In this document: in pieces, positions 53,619 to 64,000 of the stretch
How positions within the stretch are numbered: position 1 is the first letter of the stretch
Layout: every line of letters begins with the position of its first letter
From: Yuukianura sp. NJ FZ-2021
Lineage: Eukaryota
Assembly (NCBI GenBank): GCA_046563655.1
Contig: CM102283.1
Location: 4,712,001 to 4,776,000, forward strand
Direction: 5' to 3'
DNA length: 64,000 bases
Position numbers and translations under genes: made by a program
Notes under the pieces: generated by a model
Database searches by the model: none
What the model was told of the DNA's origin: nothing
The model's input: the letters and a program-made list of their open reading frames with translations, nothing else

Positions 53619-53770
53619 CTGAAAACATTTTCTTTAATTTAAATTTTCATTATATCTATGAAATGTTTTACCTAATGAAATCCCATCGAGTACCTAACCC
53701 AAGCTTTCACCGTTAAACTCTAGATAATTCGTATTACTATGTTTTTTTCTAAACCGTCGTAAACGCCATA

Positions 53771-54690
53771 GATAAGTAGCGAAAGGGAACTCGAGGAAAC
53801 AACCCGGAAGTACAGCACTTACGGGTTCGGTTATTTTAAACCAGAAACCAATCACCCCAGACTTTGATAAACTCATCTGCGCAGACAAATTGAAAATCCT
53901 CCCCGAGGTTCCAAAGTTATAGACACACGCGTAACATGACGGACGTCATTTTGCAAATTCTGAAGTCAATCTAAGGTCAGTAAGGTCACCCTCACAAAAG
54001 TTGTTTGACGAAAAGCGTGGAAAACCTTTTGTAGAGATAATTTTCCCGATTCCCTAAAAAAAGTATCTCATCTTGACCTTTGACCCGGAAGTTGCCCATT
54101 TCCGGTTTAGCCAGAAACCGATTAGTCACCCTGGAGCACGTTAATGGCCGGTATTTACTTTCGCTATCTTTCCCCGGGGAAAATGTGTCGTAGGACACAT
54201 GGCAACGCCAAATCATCGATGATTAGTTAGATCTAACTAAAATCCGATTACGAGTACGACACGCAAATAATCATCAAATAGTAGTCTTACGACTTTTCCC
54301 CGCAGAAAGCATCGGGTGTGGAAAGTAAGGATCAGGCATAAGTTAATCTGTGAAGACATTGAAAATCGGTCCAGCGGTTTCGAATATATAAACGCGCATG
54401 GCATGAGGGGCGCCATTTTTCAACTTTCGGCGTCTATATCTCTAGAATCGTACGTCAAAAATGAAGGCACCTTCACAAAAGTTGTTCATCTTAATGAGAT
54501 AAACAACTTTTGCGGAGGCTTTTTTAGATTTCCACTAAAACTATAGTTCATCTCCAGACCATGTCAAGTTTATCTGTGAAAGCAGATTGAAAATCTGCGC
54601 AGCGATACCGATGGCGTTGTTTGCAGCGAACTAACAGAATCACAGACTCGGGAAAATCATAAAGTAGCGAACTACTTTCGCTACTTAATA
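53771..54690. mobile_element. Non-autonomous Helitron/Helentron-like (HINE) element
   Basis: AAGTAGCGAA at the 5' end (53774), an inverted partial copy near 54160, and terminal hairpin AAGTAGCGAA-CTACT-TTCGCTACTT (54662-54686); AAAATCGGTCCAGCGGTTT motif. Confidence 0.6.
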
Positions 54691-54754
54691 ATGTGTTTTC
54701 ATATCGAACAATTATTGTATCCTATGGAATGTGATATCAAACATTGTGACTTAC

Positions 54755-56019
54755 GCATTGTTTTTGAACTACAAGGGACAGGATTTCTTTTATTATTGTC
54801 CAGCAACGGATCCCGAGGACAAACTTTTCGTGAATGGAATTTCGACAATTCGGATTTCAATGATTTTTTGCTTCTAGATTTCTTCTGAAGTTTGAAGTCA
54901 ATTTTCCTCTTAATGGTAGGGAATTCTCTTTGCTTTGGTTTTTTCTTGAGCCGAAGTGTTGCACTTGAACGGATTGCTACATCGGTTTTTGACTTTTTAC
55001 TAAATAGAATTGAACAAAAAGTTGATTTTGTGATTGTGGAGAAATGTTTTCGAATTGACAGAAAATACTTTGTACCTTGGAGAACCGTAGTCGCTGTCAT
55101 CGCTAATACTTGGATCATGTCGTACAGGAATGAACGTAAAATCTTCATCCGCCGCACAAGTCACTTCAGGCTCAAGCACTGGGGGCATATCATTATCTTC
55201 GTCACACGTATTTAAAATGGCATTATTGGATGTTGCAGTTTCTTCAAAAATTTCCAAATCTTTCGTATCAGTTGATGCGTCAGTCAAAATGACGGGAGAG
55301 TCGATTGCTTCAAGTTTTGGCCTTTTGTCAACAATCGAAAAAACGTTTTTCTCGAATTGAAATTGAATCATCGAAGGCATGGACTCAGTAGCAAAAGCAG
55401 TCGGATTCCGATTCATTTCCAAGATTTTTTGCTGGAGCAGTTTCTTATTTGAATGCTCTAAAAGTAGTGAAATGTTCTTAATATTTTGTTTATAGGTTAA
55501 ATCTTACAAGATTCTTTGTGACTTCTGCTTACCTTCCATTACTTGGTTTTGGAAAATAAATCTGAGGTCATCGTACTCAATTGAACTCTCTTCTGGAGTT
55601 TTCTTCGCGTCGCTTCCATTAGTTTCAACACAGATAGCAACAGACTCTCCAAACTTACTCAGTTTTTGTCTAATTTCAGTTTCAATTTGAAACAGCTTCT
55701 CCCGGAGGATGATGATTTCAGTGACTGCTTTAAGGCAGGACGCACAAAACGGTAGGTTAGTATCATCTAGACTCAGGGACTCCAGTGACTCCCATTGTAC
55801 CCTTAGCAATTGACAAATGACCTGCAGTATATTTGATTTGGTTTCAGTGTTACTGGACAATCCCTGGCATTCCAGAACGACAGAAGTACAATCATGAAGA
55901 GCTCTTATTTTTGTACAAGTAAAGCACAACTGAATACTTGAAGCAAACTTTGACTGAACTCCATTTGGAATATAATTGTTATGAATATGATGGGAAACTC
56001 TCGAATGTAGTACTGACAT
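54755..56019 (-). CDS. ZAD-like domain exons (56019-55533, 55457-55076, 54999-54755)
   Basis: CFTC...CASC pair followed by a helix; phase-compatible GT-AG introns; a GTAAGT donor at 54754; no C2H2 exons follow. Confidence 0.7.
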
Positions 56020-56532
56020 TTTCAAGAAATTTTTCTGCTACTGCTGCAATAATCGTAAATATTTGGTAAAATTTTGAAATTCACGTTATGAAAACTTGGT
56101 GTTCCCGTTGTATGTTTTTCTCTCGATGTACCGGCCCCTATAACGGTACTTTTTACTATAAAGGCTCTGTCCTTGGCGTGGCCTCAATTTTTGTTTACTT
56201 TTCCTCCGTGTGCTATTTCAGAATCTATGGACGTTCTGTTTATATCCATGCGTGAAGCCTGTGTTGTTGCCTGGCGTGACGCTTGTGTGTCCTGTGGGTA
56301 GCAAGAGATGCTCCAATGCCAGGCGAAGGCAACTCGAAACAAACACCCCTATCTTTTCACATAAACTAAAACTTAAAGTTGCATCAAGGGAGATTTCGCA
56401 GAACTTTACGCATTACGTATTAATTTTTAATTTAATTTAAGTAAAAGTGCGCAATATACATGAATAATTTATGAAAAGTTCAGAACTACCGACTTTGGTT
56501 CTCATATTCGCTTTAGTTTTCCCTCCATAATT

Positions 56533-57052
56533 CGAAGCACGCCAATACATCAAAAAAAAGACATCAACTGAAAAGACATCAACACGAAAGACATCAACCA
56601 GAAAGACATCAACAATGCAAACACATCAACTATAAAAACACATCAACCCAAAAGACATCAACACAAAACACATCAACAATGCAAACACATCAACAATGAA
56701 AAGACATCAAAACTAAAAGACATCAACAGAAATTTTATTTTTATACCCGGATATAAAATTTGGGATTCTTTTTTTCAGAATTTTGAAAAAAAAGTAAGTC
56801 TGGCCATACTATCACAGTTAGCAATACTGATGAAGTGTGGCTAGCTTAGCCTGCGGTACCGCGCCGAAGGCGCGGCGTTAGGTTTGGTAAAGCACGCCAT
56901 AGGGATTACGTCTGTAGGTTCGATTGTCTAAGTCCGGCTTATTAAATTTTCAAAATTTCAAAAAAAAAATCCTTATTTCTTTTCTTTTGATGTCTTTTAG
57001 TTTTGATGTCTTTTCAGTTGATGTCTTTTTTTTGATGTATTGGCATGGACCC
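56533..57052. mobile_element. Mutator-like MITE with ACATCAA subterminal repeats
   Basis: GCCAATACATCAAAAAAAAGACATCAAC inverted at both ends; 8-9-bp TSD CCATAATT(C); central CGCGCCGAAGGCGCG hairpin. Confidence 0.8.
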
Positions 57053-57152
57053 CCATAATTCCTTAAATAAACAGAAATTATTTTTCCAGTGTATACTTTT
57101 ACGTGGCACACCCAACCGTCTATAAATTTTTGAAACTTTTAGTCGCACCAAC

Positions 57153-57560
57153 TACCAAGTGTTTTTTAATTTGTGTCCAAGCCATGTATAAGAGCGCAAC
57201 GGAGTTGGGTGGAGTTTGGATGGCGGGAACCGAAAATTTGAACGGTTGACTGTTCAGCTGATGTGACAAAGGTGTTCACACCTGGTCTTGTTTATTCTCA
57301 TCCTTTTACTCATTCTTTTACTTAACTTTAGTCAATTGTTTTGACAATTAACGTCCTTAATAAATACTTTACAACAATTAACTAAAGTTAAATAAAAGAA
57401 TGAGTAAAAGGATGAGAATAAACAAGACCAGGTGTGAACACCTTTGTCACATCAGCTGAACAGTCAACCGTTCAAATTTTCGGTTCCCGCCATCCAAACT
57501 CCACCCAACTCCGTTGCGCTCTTATACATGGCTTGGACACAAATTAAAAAACACTTGGTA
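57153..57560. mobile_element. Near-perfect foldback MITE, TA-flanked (Tc1/mariner-like)
   Basis: ~185-bp inverted arms TACCAAGTGTTTTTTAATTTG... / ...CAAATTAAAAAACACTTGGTA with a short spacer. Confidence 0.9.
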
Positions 57561-57985
57561 TTAAAGTAAAATCATTTGGTTGTAATGATGCAGGAAAGTG
57601 ACACATTTAGCATTTCCTTTTATTATTAGAATTTTATTGCAAAATTCACAATGCGAAGCTTCTAATAGCAATACAAGTCTGACTTTCCAACAAAATATTG
57701 CACAATAAGTTCGGGAACCGAAGAAAGCGTGACAAAGAATTGTCATTTCAGTTCTACTTAACGTCATAGATTATAATTATAAACACACTTTGTTTCAGTT
57801 GTAACCAAGTTTGTTTAACTCGAAATTTCGATTATTTTTGCTTAGAAGGTTTATGTCAAAACTCCTTTTTTCTTGATTTGAAATTTTTTGAACCATAAAT
57901 CCTGCGCTACCCTTACACGCTTCCGTTGCGTTAGCAACTCGAATTCAAAATTATATAATTCCTATAGCAAAACAGTAAGAAAAAA

Positions 57986-58501
57986 CCAAGGTAACTATTT
58001 TTATAAACATAAATACACACGCGCTTTCTAAGGTAGTCTCACGAGCGGTTTTTTAATATTTTTTTGCGATATTTTTTGGCGGGGCGGATTGTTCGGTTTC
58101 CAAGGAAATAAAGCTGTATAAAATTCGTGCAAAGGTTGGTTGAGGTACCATTGATGTGTTAGTTGTACCCAGTGTTCATTATTTTACGCAAATCAACTAT
58201 TTGTCATTGAGTTGCATTGAATTCGTAGTAATTATAAGCGTAAAATTTGTTTACTCCATTTTCCAATCCTAAAACCAATGCAATACATCGCAATGTACAC
58301 CACTAGCCCGATGATTGGGTACACTGGATGGTCACAATTGAGGAATTTGATTTTGTACTCCGACCGAAGGAAAACGTTGTCAGAGGAATGTTTAGAAAAC
58401 AAACAATCCGCCCCACCAAAAAATATCGCAAAAATAGTTGAAAAAACCGCTCGTGAGACTACCTTAGAAAGCGCGTGTGTATTTATGTTTAGTTACCTTG
58501 G
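57986..58501. mobile_element. Foldback MITE, copy 1
   Basis: CCAAGGTAACT..GCTTTCTAAGGTAGTCTCACGAG / CTCGTGAGACTACCTTAGAAAGC..AGTTACCTTGG. Confidence 0.8.
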
Positions 58502-58550
58502 AAAAAACCAATATTTTCGGTGAGACAACAAAATTCGTATGCAATTCGTA

Positions 58551-59023
58551 CCAAGGCAACTAAACAAAAAGACACACACGCTTTCTAAGGTAGTCTCACG
58601 AGTCGTTTTTAATTGTTTTTTGCGAAAGCATATAGTGGGGTGGTATCCAAGGCGATAAATTCGTGCTAAAGTTGGTTGAAGTAACGATATGTGTTACATC
58701 ATCAGTGTTCGATATTTGGCACAAAATCAACTATTGCAATTGAGTTGCAGTGAATTCTTAGTAACAACTATTATAAGCGTAAAAGTTTTTCTTCCATTTT
58801 CCAACGCTAAAACCGATATAAACTACAGGTTTGATGAGTGGTTACACTGGGTGGTTACAGCGAATAATGAATTTACTTTCTACTCCAACCGAAGGAAAAC
58901 GTTTGCACAGAAAACTTAAAAATAAGCAATCCACCCCACTATATACTTTCGCAAAAACAACTGAAAAAACCGAGCGTGAGACTACCTTAGTAATGCGGTG
59001 TGTCATTTTGTTTAGTTACCTTG
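58551..59023. mobile_element. Foldback MITE, copy 2 (same family, in tandem)
   Basis: Same ends and homologous internal sequence as 57986-58501. Confidence 0.8.
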
Positions 59024-59362
59024 ATTTGTAACAAATTTGTTTTTTCGTGTTTTTTTTTAAATCGGACTTATGACAAAACCTCTTACGCCATTTGTAGAAA
59101 TGGTCGCCATAGCAATCTTGGTTGTAACTAACAACCTGTTGGACGGATAATGGAATTGAAACTTGATTGAAGATTCTTCTGAGGCGTTGGTACTCGAGCG
59201 TACGAACATCTTGTTGTAGGCAATGGACGATTTGTACTCGACATATCTTTTGCAAACGATCCTTTGTCAAACTTTGCATCTGTCTTGAGCTGTTTTTTTT
59301 TCCTTTTGGACAAAATTTGCCGTAAATTGGACGCATGGAGAACGACTAGCAAATCGAGAAAA

Positions 59363-59960
59363 AGGATGGCACAAAGTCCATAAGAAACTGGACTTGGTGG
59401 TATTCGAACGAAATTTTTACCAGCTGTTTGGGTCAATACTGGGATCATATGTTCAAATTTTCAGCCCCCTGGAAACAAGAGATCACGGGTAACAGGGGGT
59501 CAAAGGTCACGATATGATCCTATGACAACCCCATGCAAGTAGCATATTGTTGGAAAGGGCTTGCCCTTCTGATTCAGAAAATGCATATATGTCAATATCT
59601 ATGACGTAAGACAACTAAGCTGTGGCGTCTTTTAGTGCAAAACGTAGGTCGCTGCCTCTCGACTCCATCACCAATCTCAAAAGTTTGAAATTTAGTGCGC
59701 TATAACTTTGTTGTCTTACATCATAGATATTGACACATATACATTTTCTGAATCATGAGGTCAAGCCCGTTCCAACGATATGCTGCTCGCATGGGGTCGT
59801 CATAGGATCATATCGTGACCTTTGACCCCCTGTTACCCCTGACCCCTTGTTTCCAGGGGGCTGAAAATTTGCACATATGATCCCAGTATTAACCCAAACA
59901 GCTGGAAAAATTTCGTTCGAATACCAACAAGCCCACTTTCTTATGGACTTGTGCCATCCT
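59363..59960. mobile_element. Foldback MITE with long inverted arms
   Basis: GGATGGCACAA..GTCCATAAGAAA..TTTCAGCCCCCTGGAAACAAG inverted at 59850-59960; arms ~250 bp. Confidence 0.85.
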
Positions 59961-60009
59961 CTTTCAAAAGTCTAAGTCTAAGTTTCTTTTAGCGGTTTTT
60001 TTGGCTTAT

Positions 60010-60470
60010 ATTCGGCAAAACGGCGCTTCGATTTTTTACGATTAAAATATTGTCTTGTATCAATTTTTGGGTGTAGATTCCGAATCTGAAATCCGTTTTT
60101 GGCGGTCACACCTCCTTCTTGGTAAGATTAATTAATTAAGATTCAAATTAACAGTGTGAATTTGATAAACAGAATGAAAATTTGTGGTGTAACCAATGGA
60201 AACCAAGGATTGTTGTTTCTTATATCTCCGCGCCGAAGGCGCGCGTTAGGTTTGGTTCTCATATAACAACAATAAATTCGAATCTCCATTGGTTACACAC
60301 TCATTCTGCATGTGAAATGCATACACTGTTAATTAAAATCTTAATTAATTAATCTTACCAGGAAGGAGGTGTGACCGCCAAAAACGGATTTCAGATTCGG
60401 AATCTACACCTAAAAATTGATATAAAATGATATATTAGTCGTAAAAAATCGAAGCGCCGTTTTGCCGAAT
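60010..60470. mobile_element. Foldback MITE
   Basis: ATTCGGCAAAACGGCGCTTCGATTTTTTACGA / TCGTAAAAAATCGAAGCGCCGTTTTGCCGAAT; central CGCGCCGAAGGCGCG hairpin. Confidence 0.85.
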
Positions 60471-61184
60471 TTGTTCCGTTTTTTTTAACCTGGGCGTGGA
60501 AAAATGTTACCAACAGGAAGATGAGTAATACACATCACCGTTGAACAGCTATATACCGTAACTTGGACGCTATGGTGACTTGCTAAAAAAGCAAAACACA
60601 TTTCCCAATTCTCAGCATTTTTCTAGAGGTTTTTTGAAACCTGGGTAAGGACAAAATATTTCTAACCTGACAGTGAGTAATACGCGTTAATAATACGTAA
60701 TAGGTTACGTTCGGTTCCAGGTCAATTCATAAGCTCAATTTCGTAAGCAGTCAATTCGTAGACATCCCAATTCGTAAGCATTCCAATTCGTATGCACCCA
60801 AATTCGTAAGCATAGTCAATTCGTAAGTATTCCAATTCGTAAGCAACCAAATTCGTAAGCAGAAATAATTCATAAGCAGAAAATTCGTAAGCGCACCAAA
60901 TTCGTAAGCAGCTATTTCCTAAGAATCTATTTTCGTATTGCTTTTGTTATGTAGGGCCGAATTTTGCTATTGTAACAGACTCACAGTTTCAACTTATTGT
61001 ATCCAATGTTTTGACAATGCAAAAACAACAAAAAAAAAAGCTAACCGCCAACAGTTCATTTTCAAAACTCTTTTGTTTTAATTTCGGTATTGCAAAAAGC
61101 TAGTTCGTCGAGGATTTTTTTTTAATTTTCTGTTATTCCCAAACGCTCCCGTACAAATTTTTTAAATCTGAGTTCAAGAACGCA

Positions 61185-61323
61185 TTTTAGTCTTCTGGAG
61201 ACGCATGTCTACGACATGCTGAAGAAGACTATTGATACGACTTTGTCTGTCTGTCCGTCCGTCTGTCACGTTTTTTAGAATCCTTTCCACTGAAACATTA
61301 GCCCCATCGCAGTCGGGGGGTTA
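61185..61323 (+). mobile_element. Short DINE-1/HINE-like element nested in the Mutator-like element
   Basis: TAGTCTTCT...AGAAGACTA inverted repeat, GTCT/GTCC microsatellite, terminal stem TAGCCCC..GGGGTTA. Confidence 0.5.
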
Positions 61324-62414
61324 TCTATAGCTCAAGTTTTTTCATTACCTCTACATTGCACTCAAACTCGTACAATAACAACGTAGAAGCAGGCGGCTAC
61401 TTTACGTACCCGCAGTATCGTGGCTCCGCAAAACTGTTTTAGTTTCGATTGCACTCAAAATATTTATAAACAACGGAGTTTTGATCTGGTCATTTTCTGG
61501 CAGTATGTTTAATTACGTTGTTATATTAACACTGATCAGAGGGTAGAAAATCCGGCTTAAATGTTTAATATGTGAATAGTGCATAACATGGGTCAAATTT
61601 GCATTCACAAGAAAGTTTTGATTTTAAAGAAACGATATTCGACCCCTACCTCAGAACGTACAATTTTGTGCATGATGCAATGGGTCTTTGCATTTACTAG
61701 AAATTTTTATAATTTTGATTTTAACAGGCGATATTCGACCCCTCACTCCAGCGTTTATTTTTGTGCACGTTGCACACTTATGACCAATAGGGATACATAA
61801 ACGTTGAATTGTGCATTTACATAAACCAATTTTGATTTTTAGGAAACGACATTCGACACCTCCCCCCTAACGTTCAATTTTGTGCACGATGCACACAACT
61901 GAAAGTTTTGTGCATGGTTGAGAACAATTATTGTGCATCAAAATAATTTTGAACAGAGTCAAATCTGAGCCCAATTTGAACAACATTATGAGTTAAGTTA
62001 ACGCTGTTCATTATAATTTATAATGTATTGCCATGGCAACATCGATAACACATTGTGTGTATCTTGTTCAACACATTAACAGCCTCAATTCAGTGCAGAT
62101 ATTGTGGCCCTCAAAACTGAAACATGACTTTGGTGCAATTAAACTGTAAAATTGCCAACCCAATTTTGGCGCAGCTCATGCACAAAATAGCACTTCACAT
62201 CCACACTAAAATATTGAGCGACGTTTCAGAGCATCAATTCGATAAAAACGGCCTCTCATTTCTTCGGCCTCTCATACTTTTGAGGCAAGCCGGTTTAAAG
62301 TCGCATCAATTGTCAACCACCTCCAGAAGACCTATGCTCAACCCTTGAGCATTGCCCTACCTTGTTTATTTTGAGAAACGTTTTGCAACTTCTTTATATA
62401 AAAATAATTTTCAA

Positions 62415-62495
62415 AAAGTCGGATTCGAACTCACGCCACTTGCAAAAGCAAGCACAACAATTGGCACTAGGACGCCTAGCCAGTTGACAGTATTC
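62415..62495 (-). repeat. tRNA-derived (SINE-like) fragment
   Basis: Minus-strand B-box GTGAGTTCGAATCC; no full cloverleaf seen. Confidence 0.35.
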
Positions 62496-63240
62496 GCTGT
62501 GGTTTCTAGCTTAACTACCAAGTAGAACTCTGCTTTGCTGGAGATTTACTGGCGTTCTTTAATTTGAAGCCAAATGCAGCGTTTACGAAAACTAATGTTT
62601 TGAATTCGCAATGCTTACGAATTGACTATGTTTACGAGTTGACCATGCTTACGAATTGGATGCTTACGAATGCGGGTGCTTACGAACTACCCTTGCTTAC
62701 GAATTTTCCGAGTTTACGAATTAGAATGCTTACGAATTGACTATGCTTACGAATTGGGATGCCTACGAATTTGGGTGCTTACGAATTGACTGTTTACGAA
62801 CTTGAGCTTACGAATTCACCTGCGTCGGTTACGTTCAACGTATAATAATACGTTGAACGTATATATAACGTAAGTGACGTTATGACGCTATGGAGACCGA
62901 CTAGCAACATGAGATTTCTAAGCAACTTCTAGCGTTTTTTTAAACATAGGAGTGGAAAAATGCTACTAACTTTAAGATGAGTAACACACATCAACGTTGA
63001 ACACCCTTATTTCGTAAATTCGACGCTAAGTAAACCTACTAGTAAGTGGAAGACATTTCCGAACTCTCACTATCTTTTTAGCGCTTTCTTGAAACACGGG
63101 TATGGAAAAAATGTTTCTAACCTGAAATTGAGAACACGGGTCAACGTTGAACAGCCATATACCGTAATTTTGACGCTATGGAGAGGGAGACTTTCAGAGA
63201 CTTTTCCCAACTTTCAGCTGATAGTTGGGTTGTCAAATTT

Positions 63241-63410
63241 TACACTTAAAATTTAACGCATATTTTGAGTAGCAAATTGGAGGAGCCTATACACTTAAAA
63301 TTTACCGCATATTTTGAGTTCCAAATTGTAGAAACTTGCACACTTAAAATTTAACGCATATTTTGAGTTTCAAATTGCAGAAACCTTTACACTTCAAATT
63401 TCACCTCCAA
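63241..63410. repeat. 49-bp tandem repeat ACACTTAAAATTTAACGCATATTTTGAGT..., 3-4 copies
   Basis: Directly visible. Confidence 0.85.
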
Positions 63411-64000
63411 ATTTCACCTCCTCAAATTTTATGTTTCTAGCGGTTTTTTAAAACAAGGGTATGGAGAGAATGTGTCTAACCTAAAAGTGAGTAACCCATC
63501 AACGTTGCACACCTATATGCCGTAAATTTGACGCTATGGAGACCGACCAGCGAACCGCGACGTTTCGATAGTCTAAAGATCTTCTAGCGGTTTTTTCGAA
63601 CCTGGGCGTGGAAAAAAATGTTACTAGAAAGAAGACGAGTAGTATGCATCAACGTCGAAGAGCTATACCGTAAATGACGCTGTGAAGATCGACTAGCAGA
63701 TTCAGAGACTTCCTATGCCTAAGCATCTTATAGCGGTTTATTTGCGACTAACGTGTACTTCTGCTCATCATGTGAAAGACCACAAATATTCTCCCACGGT
63801 GGGGTAATGCCAACGGTTTTAAAAATTTTGAATGAAACAGAGACATTGGCTGCTAATTTTCGTACAGCTGCACCAATATTTTAGAAAGCACTTCTGTTCA
63901 TCGTTTGAAAGATCATATACACTCGTTAAACGATGTTCTAAGGTGTAATATAAGACGAACGGCTTTGAAAATTTTGAATGTAAGAGAAACTTTGGCTGCT

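Larger units (their letters stand above)
60712..62827. mobile_element. Mutator-like non-autonomous element with arrays of AATTCGTAAGC
   Basis: Direct array 60720-60910 and inverted array 62580-62820; duplication (G)GTTACGTT(C) on both flanks. Confidence 0.8.
60471..63750. repeat. Diverged ~145-150-bp tandem repeat interrupted by insertions
   Basis: Recurrent TAGCGGTTTTT..TGGAAAAA..GAGTAA..CAACGTTGAAC..CCGTAA..GACGCTATGG at ~60480, 60625, 62930, 63080, 63437 and 63585. Confidence 0.75.

Noticed and set aside
58278-59448. Short ORFs in the MITE stack
   Set aside because: They lie within or across foldback elements and show no protein motifs
62415-62495. Functional tRNA gene
   Set aside because: Only a B-box is evident; no convincing cloverleaf
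60720-62820. CRISPR-like or iteron arrays (TTCGTAAGC)
   Set aside because: The arrays are inverted at the two ends of a TSD-flanked element, so they are subterminal transposon repeats

Overview
Eukaryotic (animal) genomic DNA with short GT-AG introns. It is probably an arthropod; ZAD-like zinc-finger genes and compact introns would fit a springtail or insect, but that is inference. 1-17 kb is a dense host gene cluster: a ZAD-like C2H2 zinc-finger gene, a CDK1-like kinase with a non-canonical PPTALRE helix, ACTL6/BAP55, a SOWAH-like ankyrin gene with two 6-nt micro-exons, and TADA1. 17-50 kb is mostly mobile-element remnants: an intronless REX4/ISG20-like DEDDh exonuclease module; a decayed Maverick/Polinton (integrase, capsid C-terminus, adenain-type protease) whose genes carry spliceosomal introns; degenerate Cys-rich genes and a Ulp1-like fragment; a decayed Ty3/gypsy element; three LTR+PBS units; and several hAT MITEs with exact 8-bp TSDs. 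50.8-56.0 kb (minus strand) holds the top candidate: an intact five-exon piggyBac transposase (DDD triad and Cys-rich tail present, no TIR pair found) that can splice in frame onto three upstream exons encoding a ZAD-like domain. This predicts a ~1021-aa host-transposase fusion protein. 56.5-64 kb is a stack of foldback MITEs and tandem repeats. All calls were made by eye; no database searches were run.
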